A stretch of 64,000 nucleotides of DNA, taken from positions 12,233 through 76,232 of the forward strand of contig CAYPXA010000007.1 of NCBI GenBank assembly GCA_964414985.1, given 5' to 3'. The notes under the pieces were generated by a model, which was not told the DNA's origin, did no database searches, and worked only from the letters and a program-made list of their open reading frames with translations. Below, piece after piece: positions 18,080 to 27,269 of this stretch. Positions within the stretch are counted from its first letter, which is position 1. Every line of letters begins with the position of its first letter. The DNA is from an uncultured Methanosarcinales archaeon (GTDB lineage: Archaea; Nanobdellota; Nanobdellia; Woesearchaeales; JAGWAF01). Position numbers and translations under genes: made by a program.

Positions 18080-18540
18080 AAATTATTTTTATCACGCTGA
18101 TGCCTCTTCTCGAGCTAAGGGCAGGCATACCCTACGGAATTCTTGCAAAAGGAATGGATGCCTGGCTTGTTTTCATAATATGCACAATTACAAATATTGC
18201 CCTTGCGCCTCTTGTTTACCTTTTTATTGACAAGGTTGTGCACAGGTTTTTTTTCATAAAGCCTTTCCACAGGTTCTACCACAGGAATGTGGAGAAAGCC
18301 CAAAAAAAGATGCATAAGTTTGTTGAAAAATACGGCGAATGGGGCATTGCAGTTTTTATTGCCATACCCCTTCCAGGCTCTGGAGTGTACACTGCAGCGC
18401 TCGGCTCATACCTTCTTGGGCTTGAATTGAGAAAGTTCATGATTGCATCTGTCATCGGAGTGATTATTGCAGGCGCAATTGTTACAGCAGTTACTCTTGC
18501 AGGAGTCAACGGATTCGGCATATTTGTAAAGATGATATAA
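18064..18540 (+). CDS. small membrane protein (putative small multidrug-export-like, COG2426-like)
   Basis: Four hydrophobic segments and an ELRAGIPYG motif. Weak family call. Confidence 0.35.
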   Translation: MLDAIEIIFITLMPLLELRAGIPYGILAKGMDAWLVFIICTITNIALAPLVYLFIDKVVHRFFFIKPFHRFYHRNVEKAQKKMHKFVEKYGEWGIAVFIAIPLPGSGVYTAALGSYLLGLELRKFMIASVIGVIIAGAIVTAVTLAGVNGFGIFVKMI

Positions 18541-18617
18541 GAATACAGCGATACAGCCAACTTGGGGGGACCGCAGGGATTTGCACGCTGAGCAACATCC
18601 TGTAAAAATATCTGGCA

Positions 18618-19658
18618 ATGGAAAGCAAGACAGCAGAGAGGATTATTGAAAAAATATGCAGCAGGGCAGAGCCGGCTGGAAAGCATATAGTCTTCAATTC
18701 AGAAAGCTACAGGCCTGCAGAGATACGCCCCTCAAATTTCAAAGCAATCAAAGAATCAAGGTTTAATGGAAGGATTGCATTTGTCGACGGAGGAAACATC
18801 ACTGTGGTTGAGGGGGCTGACTTCTGCCTGCAGGCTGCAAGGATATACCACACAGTTTACTTCTCAAACAAAAGGGTGAGAAGCGGAAGGGATGAGTTTT
18901 TTGCTTTTGCAGGAAAGGAAAAAGGTGAAATCTCAGTTGAGATTATAAGGGCTGAAACTGCTGATGGGCCTCATGAAAATTCTGCAAAAAAAATGTCATT
19001 CAGCCTTTATGACCCATCTCTTGCAACAAAATTCAGCAATGCAAGCCCTGCTGCAGCTGCAAATGCGGCAAGAAAGCTGGCAGAGCTGTCTCATGCGCTT
19101 GATGTTGCAGCAACCCTTGAATCAGGGGATATTCTTGCTCTTGACAGGGATTTGCAGCCTTCAGTCACAGGAGAGGATGAGCTGCTTGCAAAGATAAGGG
19201 CAAAGGCTGCTGAAAAAGGGGTTATTGTGTGCGGAATCTCAAAGACAAGCAGGCTCTGCACAGAAGAGGGCGGAAGCGCGGCAGAAGCTGTGAGAAAAAT
19301 TGAGCCTTCAGGAGAATGGCATTACCATCCTGCATGCATTCCTGAAAAGGAGAATGCTGAAATAATGCTTGCAAAGCTGCACAGCTCATCAAAGTACATA
19401 TTCAGGATTGACACATTCTCCAAATCAGCTGATGAGATTGAGCCTATGCTTTCAGCGCTCAAGGAAAACTCTTCAGACCCTGTTTTTTTTGGGTATCCGT
19501 ACGGAATGATTGAGGCAGACAGATTTGCAAGAGTCAGCAATGAAGAGGCAGAATACATGAAGGTAAGGATTATTGCAAAAGCAGGAAGCAATTCTGCAAA
19601 AATAGCAAGGCTGATGAGCTCTGTTGATGCGCACTCTGTTCTTGACAACATCTCTTGA
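18618..19658 (+). CDS. NurA-like 5'-3' nuclease domain protein (tentative)
   Basis: The ordered motifs IAFVDGGN, ILALDRDL and VCGISKTSRL resemble NurA motifs (aiDGS, llDGSL, SKTS). No herA, mre11 or rad50 are adjacent. Confidence 0.35.
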   Translation: MESKTAERIIEKICSRAEPAGKHIVFNSESYRPAEIRPSNFKAIKESRFNGRIAFVDGGNITVVEGADFCLQAARIYHTVYFSNKRVRSGRDEFFAFAGKEKGEISVEIIRAETADGPHENSAKKMSFSLYDPSLATKFSNASPAAAANAARKLAELSHALDVAATLESGDILALDRDLQPSVTGEDELLAKIRAKAAEKGVIVCGISKTSRLCTEEGGSAAEAVRKIEPSGEWHYHPACIPEKENAEIMLAKLHSSSKYIFRIDTFSKSADEIEPMLSALKENSSDPVFFGYPYGMIEADRFARVSNEEAEYMKVRIIAKAGSNSAKIARLMSSVDAHSVLDNIS

Positions 19659-19669
19659 ATTCAGGATTC

Positions 19670-20272
19670 TTAGAAATCAAGGCCTAGCTTCCTTAACGCT
19701 TTTTCAGCCTGCAAAGGGCTTTTGAAAAGTATTGAATGAATGCCCAGCTTTTCTGCAGCATCAGCATTTATTTTCCTGTCGTCTATGAAAACAGCCTCAT
19801 TTGCCTTTATCCCCATTGTTTTGAGAACGTGCCTGAAAACTTTCGGATTCGGCTTCTTCATCCTCATCTGCGTTGAAAGAAACACATAGTCAAAAATGTG
19901 GTAGTTTTCCCTTTCCTCGTTATACCTTTCGTGGGGAGGCACAGTGTCTGAAAGCACTGCAACATCATAATTCTTCTTCAGCTTTCTGACCATCGCCAGG
20001 GTTGCCTTAATCTTCTTTGAGCTTCCGCCGTATTTTCTCGTCCACAAAGACAGGCAGTTTTTTGGAAGCACGCACTTTGTAATCAGCTGGAACCTCCTCC
20101 AGTATTCAGGGTCGTTAATCATTCCTGTTTCGTAAAGCGGCTTAAGCTCTTCCTCTGCATTTTTTGCAGCAGAATAAGGAATTTTGCACGACTTGGCAAT
20201 GTCCTTTACAATAATGTCTTCGGTTTCCGCCTTGCATACTCCGCCATAGTCAAATATCACTGCTTTTATCAT
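19670..20272 (-). CDS. HAD-superfamily hydrolase
   Basis: N-terminal MIKAVIFDYGGV (HAD motif I-like); later ...YDVAVLSDTV and a C-terminal ...VFIDDRKINADAAEKLG motif IV. Confidence 0.6.
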   Translation of the reverse strand: MIKAVIFDYGGVCKAETEDIIVKDIAKSCKIPYSAAKNAEEELKPLYETGMINDPEYWRRFQLITKCVLPKNCLSLWTRKYGGSSKKIKATLAMVRKLKKNYDVAVLSDTVPPHERYNEERENYHIFDYVFLSTQMRMKKPNPKVFRHVLKTMGIKANEAVFIDDRKINADAAEKLGIHSILFKSPLQAEKALRKLGLDF

Positions 20273-20499
20273 GCTGTAAAAATACTAAATAATGTTTATA
20301 ATTCTTGCGGTAAATGCTACTTGAGATAATGCCCAATTTTATGCAGGATAAAATAAGCATGGCAAATTCAGTTAAAGCTAAATAGTCCTTAGATAGTAGT
20401 TACATACCCTAACCTTTATAAATAAGCGCCAATTAAGCATTTATCCCTTTATCATTTAGGGATATGCTTAAATCAGGGGTTTTTGAAAAACAGCAAAAA

Positions 20500-21480
20500 A
20501 TGGAAAACAATAATGAACCAGCCTCAAAAAATGACCTCCCAAGGGTTATTGTGTCTCATATTAACTACCCTGACAAGATTGCAGGATGCATAATTGGATT
20601 CGCAATAGGGGATGCGTTGGGAGCCCCAAACGAATTTTCAAAAACACCCAGAATAGTAAGAGGGTATGAGCCTTCAGTCAAAAAAGGACTTAAAGCAGGG
20701 CAGTTTACAGATGACACCCAGCACCTTGAAATTTCTTTGGACTCTCTTCTTGCAAAAAATGGGGAAATTGACCTTGAAGACAATGCAGAAAGGCTTGTCA
20801 GATGGTACAATTCAGGCGATGCAAGGTCGATAGGAAGGACTACTGAACTTGCAATACAGAATATTAAGAACGGAGCAGACTACACCCAGTCCGGGATAAA
20901 CAACGAAAAAGCATGCGGGTCCCTTGCAATTCCAAGATTAATCCCATATTCTCTTGTTTCTGCAGTAAGCGCTTATGAGCATAAGCTGCAAAGGGGCGAC
21001 ATAAAAAGAATTGTTGCTTTGACTCATGCGCACAAAAAAGTTGCACAGATAGCTGAGCTGTTCAATTATTTTATCCAGGAAGGCATGAATGGCAGGAGCA
21101 CTGAAGCTGCTGTAGATATGATTATTTTTGAAAATGATTTTCTCAACAAAAAAATCAGGCGGAAGCTCGAAAAATCAAAGGCGCTTGCCCATTCAGGCAT
21201 GGAGCCATACCAGGCAATACAGGAGATAGGAAATTCAGGTTTTATTGAGGATGTTATGTTCTCTGCAATTTACAGCACAATAAAAGGCAGCTCTTTTGAA
21301 GAGGCAGTTTTAATTGCCGCAAACGGCCTTGGAGACAGCGATTCAAGGGCGGCATTTGCAGGTGCATTGTACGGGCTGGACATAGGAGCATCAAAAATCC
21401 CTTCTTATCTCAAGGAAGGCCTTGAAAGAAAAGATGAGCTTGAAAAAAAAGCAAGGCAAGCCTACTGCATGAGAAAGTAA
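20500..21480 (+). CDS. ADP-ribosylglycohydrolase family protein
   Basis: GFAIGDALGAPNEF and GQFTDDTQ are the two diagnostic ARH/DraG motifs. Confidence 0.7.
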   Translation: MENNNEPASKNDLPRVIVSHINYPDKIAGCIIGFAIGDALGAPNEFSKTPRIVRGYEPSVKKGLKAGQFTDDTQHLEISLDSLLAKNGEIDLEDNAERLVRWYNSGDARSIGRTTELAIQNIKNGADYTQSGINNEKACGSLAIPRLIPYSLVSAVSAYEHKLQRGDIKRIVALTHAHKKVAQIAELFNYFIQEGMNGRSTEAAVDMIIFENDFLNKKIRRKLEKSKALAHSGMEPYQAIQEIGNSGFIEDVMFSAIYSTIKGSSFEEAVLIAANGLGDSDSRAAFAGALYGLDIGASKIPSYLKEGLERKDELEKKARQAYCMRK

Positions 21481-22494
21481 TTACTTCTTTTTTATAACCT
21501 TGACCAAAGGAACTTTTTCTTTTACCACGATATTCTCATACTTGCCGTAAGGCTCAACATAGGCATCATTTTCCAGCCTGAAAAAAATTAGGTTCCTGTT
21601 GCTCACATCAACATCAATCCCAAAAGTATCCTTCAGGTAATCCTTCCTCTTTTGAGTGCTCCACTTAGGGTTTAAATGGCCTGAATCGTCGAGAAAATAG
21701 CCGTGCCTTATCAGAGTCTCAATAGGAATAACCGAGATTAAAGGGCCCCTTGCCGGGTTCACCTTCATTTTGTCAAACGGAAGAAAGCCTACTTTGTCTT
21801 GCTCAGGCCACAAAGTGTCCCTTTCATTCTCCAAGCGCACATATACCCCCTTTCCAAAATCAGATTCTTTTGCCTTGTCTATGCGCTTAGGATCCATAAA
21901 CCCCTTTTCATTCTTTATTCTGCCCTTAAGCTTGTGGTAAACCTCTTCAAACCTGTGAAGGCTCTTGTCAAGGTGCTCTTTGCTTGAATTTGGGGACATT
22001 GCCTCAATGAACTGCCTGTATTTCCATTTCTCCCTGGGATCTGAGTCTGAATAAAGCCTTAGAAGGTCTGAAAGAAACTCGCTTCTGAGCGCACTCCTCA
22101 GCTCGCGGTCTGAAGATGCTTCTTTTATTTCATTAAGGGAATAAGAGTCGCCGTTATTTCCGTCAATAATGTAATAAGCATCTTCACGGGAATGCTCTTT
22201 TTTCTTTAGCATGCTTGTATGCTTGACTGCAATTTTTTCTTCAAGAGTCTTCGGCTTCTTTTTTTCATGTTCAGCTTCATGCACAGGAGCGATTAATTCG
22301 GCTGTGGCTTCTGCTGCAATAAAGAATACAGCCGAAGCAAGAAATAAGATAATGCCAAAAAGAGCGCTTAATTCACTGCCGCCAGCCTGCCCAAATGCTG
22401 CAGCGCCGGTTATTCCTGATTCAGGATTCAAAAAAAACAGGGTTCCAATCAGGAGAAGCGCAAAACCCAAAAACCTAAATGAATTTTTGTTCAT
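21481..22494 (-). CDS. membrane-anchored hypothetical protein (337 aa)
   Basis: Two N-terminal hydrophobic helices, then a charged soluble domain. Confidence 0.4.
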   Translation of the reverse strand: MNKNSFRFLGFALLLIGTLFFLNPESGITGAAAFGQAGGSELSALFGIILFLASAVFFIAAEATAELIAPVHEAEHEKKKPKTLEEKIAVKHTSMLKKKEHSREDAYYIIDGNNGDSYSLNEIKEASSDRELRSALRSEFLSDLLRLYSDSDPREKWKYRQFIEAMSPNSSKEHLDKSLHRFEEVYHKLKGRIKNEKGFMDPKRIDKAKESDFGKGVYVRLENERDTLWPEQDKVGFLPFDKMKVNPARGPLISVIPIETLIRHGYFLDDSGHLNPKWSTQKRKDYLKDTFGIDVDVSNRNLIFFRLENDAYVEPYGKYENIVVKEKVPLVKVIKKK

Positions 22495-22595
22495 TAATCA
22501 AAAAAAAGGGAAAACAGTTAAAATATTTATCGCTTTTTCAGGCATTGCTTGATTTAAGAAAAAGTTTATAAACACGATTCCTTAAAACAGGCATT

Positions 22596-23537
22596 ATGTA
22601 TGACATCATAACTTTGGGCTCAGGCACAATTGACTGCTTTGTAAACACTGGAAAGAAGCTTTTCATTGACGCAGGCAAGGGCAACATACAGATACCTTTC
22701 GGCTCAAAAATACTTGTGGATGATGTTGAATTCTATACAGGCGGAGGAGGCACAAACTGCGCAGCAAGCCTCAGCAGGCTCGGCCTCAAGGCTGCATGGA
22801 TTGGAAAATTAGGCCCTACACACAACGGAGACATAATCCTGCAGGAAATGAAAAAGGAAAAAGTAGACACCTCAATGGTTGTGAGGAGCAAAAATTCAAG
22901 GACAGGATTTTCAGTAATACTCGACGCAAAAGGCCATGACAGGACAATTCTTGCATACAAGGGAAGCAATGACGACTTGAGGTTCAGCGAGATAAAGACT
23001 GAAAAGGTGCAGGCAAAGTGGATGTACTGCTCAAGCATGCTCGGAAGGTCATTTGAGACACTGGAGAAAATGGTTGGGCTTGCCGGAAAGAATGGCATAA
23101 AGGTGGCATTCAACCCAAGCGCGTACCTTGCAAAGAAAGGCGCAAAATACCTCTCAAAAGTGCTTGCAGGAACATCAATTGCAGTTATGAACGACGAAGA
23201 AGCTTATTACCTTACAAAGGAAAAGGACATCAAGAAGTCCATGCAGAGAATTTTGATGCTCGGCCCGCAGATTGCAGTAATAACCAAAGGCTCAAGGGGA
23301 GTTGAGGCATACGACGGAAAAAGGTTCTACTCGCTCAAGGCCCACAAAACAAAGGTTGTTGAAGCAACAGGCGCAGGCGATGCATTTGCATCAGCATTCC
23401 TTGCAGGCATCATAAGGAAGAATGACATTGGCTTTGCGCTGAAGCTCGGGCTTGCAAACGCAGAATCGGTCATACAGCACAGCGGAGCAAAGAACAACCT
23501 GCTCACCTGGCAGGAAGCCATCCAAAGGATTAAATAG
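22596..23537 (+). CDS. PfkB-family carbohydrate or nucleoside kinase (ribokinase-like)
   Basis: GGGTNCAASLSRLG (motif 1) and GAGDAFASAFLAGI (motif 2). Confidence 0.75.
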   Translation: MYDIITLGSGTIDCFVNTGKKLFIDAGKGNIQIPFGSKILVDDVEFYTGGGGTNCAASLSRLGLKAAWIGKLGPTHNGDIILQEMKKEKVDTSMVVRSKNSRTGFSVILDAKGHDRTILAYKGSNDDLRFSEIKTEKVQAKWMYCSSMLGRSFETLEKMVGLAGKNGIKVAFNPSAYLAKKGAKYLSKVLAGTSIAVMNDEEAYYLTKEKDIKKSMQRILMLGPQIAVITKGSRGVEAYDGKRFYSLKAHKTKVVEATGAGDAFASAFLAGIIRKNDIGFALKLGLANAESVIQHSGAKNNLLTWQEAIQRIK

Positions 23538-23572
23538 TTCATTCCAATCATAATTCAAAAAAGAGGTGAATC

Positions 23573-24370
23573 ATGTTCAGCACTAAAATGTACAGGCTTC
23601 TCACAGGAGGGAAAGCGTTGCTTCTTGCATATGACCAGGGTCTTGAGCATGGCCCTGTTGAGTTTAACCTTCACAATATCAATCCAAATTATATTCTGGA
23701 CATAGCAGAAAAAGGCGGCTACAACGGAGTCATACTCCAGCAGGGGCTTGCCGAAAAATACTACCAGAGCTACAAGAAAAGCGTCAGGCTTGTGCTTAAG
23801 CTGAACGGCAAGACAAGCATACCAAAAACAGACCCTTATTCGCCGCAGCTCTGCTCTGTGAAAAGGGCAGTAAACCTGGGGGCTGATGCAGTGGGCTACA
23901 CAATCTACAGCGGAAGCCCGCTTGAGTCCAAGATGTTCAGCGAGTTCGGCAAAATTGTCGAGGAAGCGCATGACTTCGGCATTCCTGTAATTGCATGGAT
24001 GTATCCCCGCGGGCCTTTTGTAAAGGATGAAAATTCAACTGAAATTCTTGCATATGCTGCAAGAGTAGGCCTTGAGCTTGGCGCAGACATGATAAAGATA
24101 AAGTACAATCGTGATTTGGATGGATTCAAGTGGGCTGTGAAGGCTGCAGGCAAATGCAAAGTGCTTGTTGCAGGCGGCCAGAAGGAGAATCCTGAAGAGC
24201 TTTTCAAGGAAGCAAAGCAGGTAATGGATGCAGGAGCTGCAGGAATGGCAATCGGCAGGAACATATGGCAGCACCCAGACCCATTGAGGGTTACCAAGGC
24301 GCTTAGAAAGATTGTGATTGAAGGCGCAGGCATTGCTGAAGCAATGAAAGCATACGGCAAGCAGCCATAA
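23573..24370 (+). CDS. class I fructose-bisphosphate aldolase, DhnA family (archaeal FbaB / ADH synthase-like)
   Basis: 265 aa; LLAYDQGLEHGP, a Schiff-base lysine context (IKIKY), and overall DhnA-like TIM-barrel pattern. Confidence 0.6.
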   Translation: MFSTKMYRLLTGGKALLLAYDQGLEHGPVEFNLHNINPNYILDIAEKGGYNGVILQQGLAEKYYQSYKKSVRLVLKLNGKTSIPKTDPYSPQLCSVKRAVNLGADAVGYTIYSGSPLESKMFSEFGKIVEEAHDFGIPVIAWMYPRGPFVKDENSTEILAYAARVGLELGADMIKIKYNRDLDGFKWAVKAAGKCKVLVAGGQKENPEELFKEAKQVMDAGAAGMAIGRNIWQHPDPLRVTKALRKIVIEGAGIAEAMKAYGKQP

Positions 24371-24462
24371 AGCAATAAATTCTAAGCATGCTTAAAGCAG
24401 ATTGCCTTCTTTTATCTTCTTAAAAAACAATAAATAAAAAAGGAAAAAACAGGAAAGAAATA

Positions 24463-25011
24463 TTACTGGCGCTGGATTTCCATTAGGCGCGCAGTTAGCT
24501 TCTTCTGCTCTTCAAGCAGCTTGTCGTACTGCACTTTCTTGGCAGGGTTTATCTGGCCGTGCTCATAATCCCACTGCATTATCTTTATCTTCGGCTCAAT
24601 CTGCTCAAGCCTTTCCTTTATCTGCATCTCTTCAGGGTCTGCTGCAGGAAGCGCTGCTTTTTTCTCCTTCTTGACTTCTTCCTCGAATTCCTTTATGCCC
24701 TTTGGAGGCTCTGGAACATCAATTTCAGATTCAGGAGCAGATTCCAATTCAGGCTCTTCAGCAGGAGTTTTCCTTGCAGGAGCAGGCATTTCAGGAGCTT
24801 CAGCTGTCTCAAGCATGTCTATCTTCTCCTTCTCTGCCTCAATCCTTCTCTTGAGCTCTTCTGCTTTCTTCTCGAGCTCTTCCTTATCATGCTCCTGTGA
24901 AGCTGAAGGCATTCCAGGCATCTTCAGCTTTGGCGCTGATTTAGCTTCTTCAATAGAGCTTTCCTCAGACTCATCAATAAAATCTTCATTATTTTCCGGT
25001 TCATCAGCCAT
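24463..25011 (-). CDS. acidic coiled-coil hypothetical protein
   Basis: 182 aa, Glu/Lys-rich (EELEKKAEELKRRIEAEKEKIDMLE). Confidence 0.35.
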   Translation of the reverse strand: MADEPENNEDFIDESEESSIEEAKSAPKLKMPGMPSASQEHDKEELEKKAEELKRRIEAEKEKIDMLETAEAPEMPAPARKTPAEEPELESAPESEIDVPEPPKGIKEFEEEVKKEKKAALPAADPEEMQIKERLEQIEPKIKIMQWDYEHGQINPAKKVQYDKLLEEQKKLTARLMEIQRQ

Positions 25012-25140
25012 TATATTTCACCTATATGGTTTTTATATGCAAAGAAAGAAATAACTGATATAATAAGGTTAGGGTTTTTGAGCCTTCACAAAGCATATTG
25101 GCAAAAGCTTTAAATCCCGGATTAATAAATCCAATTATGC

Positions 25141-25214
25141 GGGGCTGTAGTCTAACTTGGTATGATTCCAGGTTCGGGACCTGGAGGTTCGGAGTTCAAA
25201 TCTCCGCAGCCCCA
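25141..25214 (+). tRNA. tRNA-Pro (anticodon CGG)
   Basis: Acceptor GGGGCTG/CAGCCCC (7 bp) with discriminator A. Anticodon arm CCAGG-TTCGGGA-CCTGG has U33, CGG at 34-36 and G37. T arm CGGAG-TTCAAAT-CTCCG. No encoded CCA. Confidence 0.65.
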
Positions 25215-25221
25215 TTTATTG

Positions 25222-26046
25222 CTACTTTTTTTGCAGGCTATAATAACCTAATTCCCAAGGTAAATGAAAGAGTCGGGGAGCTCGTTCAATAAGGTTGAAA
25301 TGCTCATTAATTCCATCCAATACTTCTTCGTGAGGAATATTAAGCCCAAACATCATTTTTACCTCCAGAGCTATATTCCTTTTGAGTACAGCGCCCCAGA
25401 GATTAGGTCTTATCAGGTAGCCATTTAATTCAAATTTGCTGCCTGCTAATTTACATATTTCTTCTTTATCAACAAAATTAAAATTGTAATAGATAGTATT
25501 ATGTTTTCTGATTACATCATCAAAAAATTTTTGAGTCTGCGTTCCTTTGGTTACATCTGCAATAACAAAATTTTGGCCGTCTTTAAGGATTCGGTGAACT
25601 TGGTCAAATATCATTTCCCGATTATTAAAACGGTGCAGACTCTGAAAAGAGAAAACCCCATCGATACTATCCGAATAAAACATCCTAAGATTTGCTTCTA
25701 AGCAAGGGTCATTGAATACTTGTGGAGAGATTCCTGAATTATAGGATAATACATCTTGACGTATATCTTTGGCAATTTCACGCAAGGGTTCTATTAAAGC
25801 CCAGCTAGATTTAATAGGAGGGTCACACCTATAAACCTTGCGAGCTATATGTTTAATGAAACTACCTTTTCCTGCGCCGAGCTCAATAAAATATTTTTGA
25901 GGGTCTAATTCATCATGTAATTCATTATGGGAATATGAATAAGAAAAAAGAGAAAAAGAATCGAGTTGCGATTCCAGTGTATCATCCCACATATTTGAGT
26001 TTAGGCAACACATTGCTTCTTCGTCAGTAAGTTTTATTTTGTTCAT
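25222..26046 (-). CDS. class I SAM-dependent methyltransferase (low-GC gene)
   Basis: Motif I IELGAGKGSF. About 35% GC against roughly 45-50% in the surrounding genes. Immediately downstream of tRNA-Pro. Confidence 0.55.
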   Translation of the reverse strand: MNKIKLTDEEAMCCLNSNMWDDTLESQLDSFSLFSYSYSHNELHDELDPQKYFIELGAGKGSFIKHIARKVYRCDPPIKSSWALIEPLREIAKDIRQDVLSYNSGISPQVFNDPCLEANLRMFYSDSIDGVFSFQSLHRFNNREMIFDQVHRILKDGQNFVIADVTKGTQTQKFFDDVIRKHNTIYYNFNFVDKEEICKLAGSKFELNGYLIRPNLWGAVLKRNIALEVKMMFGLNIPHEEVLDGINEHFNLIERAPRLFHLPWELGYYSLQKK

Positions 26047-26173
26047 TTTAATCCTCCAAGGATATTATTCCAATAATTAACTACTAATAAGTGATAATAA
26101 ATATATTAAATTTCCTGTTGCTTTTTTTGTCAAAACGAAATATTTATATAATTATAATTTATTTTGACTAATA

Positions 26174-27151
26174 ATGGAATTAAAGTTAACTCAGAAGGAT
26201 AAAGAGATTATCTGCGGGTTAGACCTAAACGCCAGAACCACCTGGTCAAAATTAGCCAGCCAGCTTAGATTGTCAAAACAGGCAGTGCGCTACAGGATTG
26301 AACAGCTTGAGAAAAAAGGGATAATACAATTTTATTATGCCCTGGTTGACGGAAATCGTTTTGGCTACAGCATTTATCTTTTGTATTTGAAGCTTCATCG
26401 CATTACTCCGGATAAGGAAAAAGAGATGGTTGCGCATTTAGAAGCCCAGCCGGAAACTATGGTCATGGTTAAAACCAATGGGCGCTGGGATTATAACCTT
26501 ATTATCTCCGCAAAAGACGCCATGCATTTCCACCAGATTTTTAACCGCATGACCCTTGATTACGTTCAATACATCAAAGAAATGATTTTTACAATTGAAA
26601 TCGAAGCTACCTATCTCAAGCCAAAATTCCTGTCTGAAAGTGCGCCCTTCAGCGTCAAAACCAGCGGAAAAATCAGCCAGGCGGACTTAGACGAAGTCGA
26701 CAGCCATATCCTCACTGAGCTGTCCAAAAATGCAAGAAAACCCCTTGTGGAATTGGCTGCGGAAACTAAATTAACTCCTAATGGAGTAAGAGAAAGAATC
26801 AGAAGATTGGAAAAAGAAAAATTTATTCTGGCATACCTGCTAAAGGTTAACTATGAATCTTTAGGCTATCTTCATTTTAGAGTCTTCCTGCACATTGACA
26901 ATTTTTCCCCCCAGCTGGAAAAAGAAATCAAAAATTTCCTTGCCCAGATGAAGCAAGTGATAAGCATTTCTAAAACAATTGGCTTTGCAGAACTGGAATT
27001 TAGGGCGTACACTAAAAGTGTCACAGAATTTTATGAGATTTTAGATAAGATACGGCAGAGATTCCAGCCGTTTATCAGAGATACCGATACTTTGCTTTAC
27101 CATGCCTGGCACAATTTCAACTATCTGCCGAGCGTTTCGATGAAAATATAA
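26174..27151 (+). CDS. tandem-duplicated Lrp/AsnC-type transcription regulator (two HTH plus two RAM-like modules)
   Basis: Two HTH_AsnC-like segments: WSKLASQLRLSKQAVRYRIEQLEKKGII and LVELAAETKLTPNGVRERIRRLEKEKFI. Confidence 0.5.
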   Translation: MELKLTQKDKEIICGLDLNARTTWSKLASQLRLSKQAVRYRIEQLEKKGIIQFYYALVDGNRFGYSIYLLYLKLHRITPDKEKEMVAHLEAQPETMVMVKTNGRWDYNLIISAKDAMHFHQIFNRMTLDYVQYIKEMIFTIEIEATYLKPKFLSESAPFSVKTSGKISQADLDEVDSHILTELSKNARKPLVELAAETKLTPNGVRERIRRLEKEKFILAYLLKVNYESLGYLHFRVFLHIDNFSPQLEKEIKNFLAQMKQVISISKTIGFAELEFRAYTKSVTEFYEILDKIRQRFQPFIRDTDTLLYHAWHNFNYLPSVSMKI

Positions 27152-27269
27152 AAACAGCAATTATTTCCTTTGCAAGAATTGAAAATATAACTCTCTTATT
27201 CTATCATTCATCAAACAAAAACCTTTAAATACCTCAACAGCGGAAAACAGCTTAAAAAGAGGTGAATAG

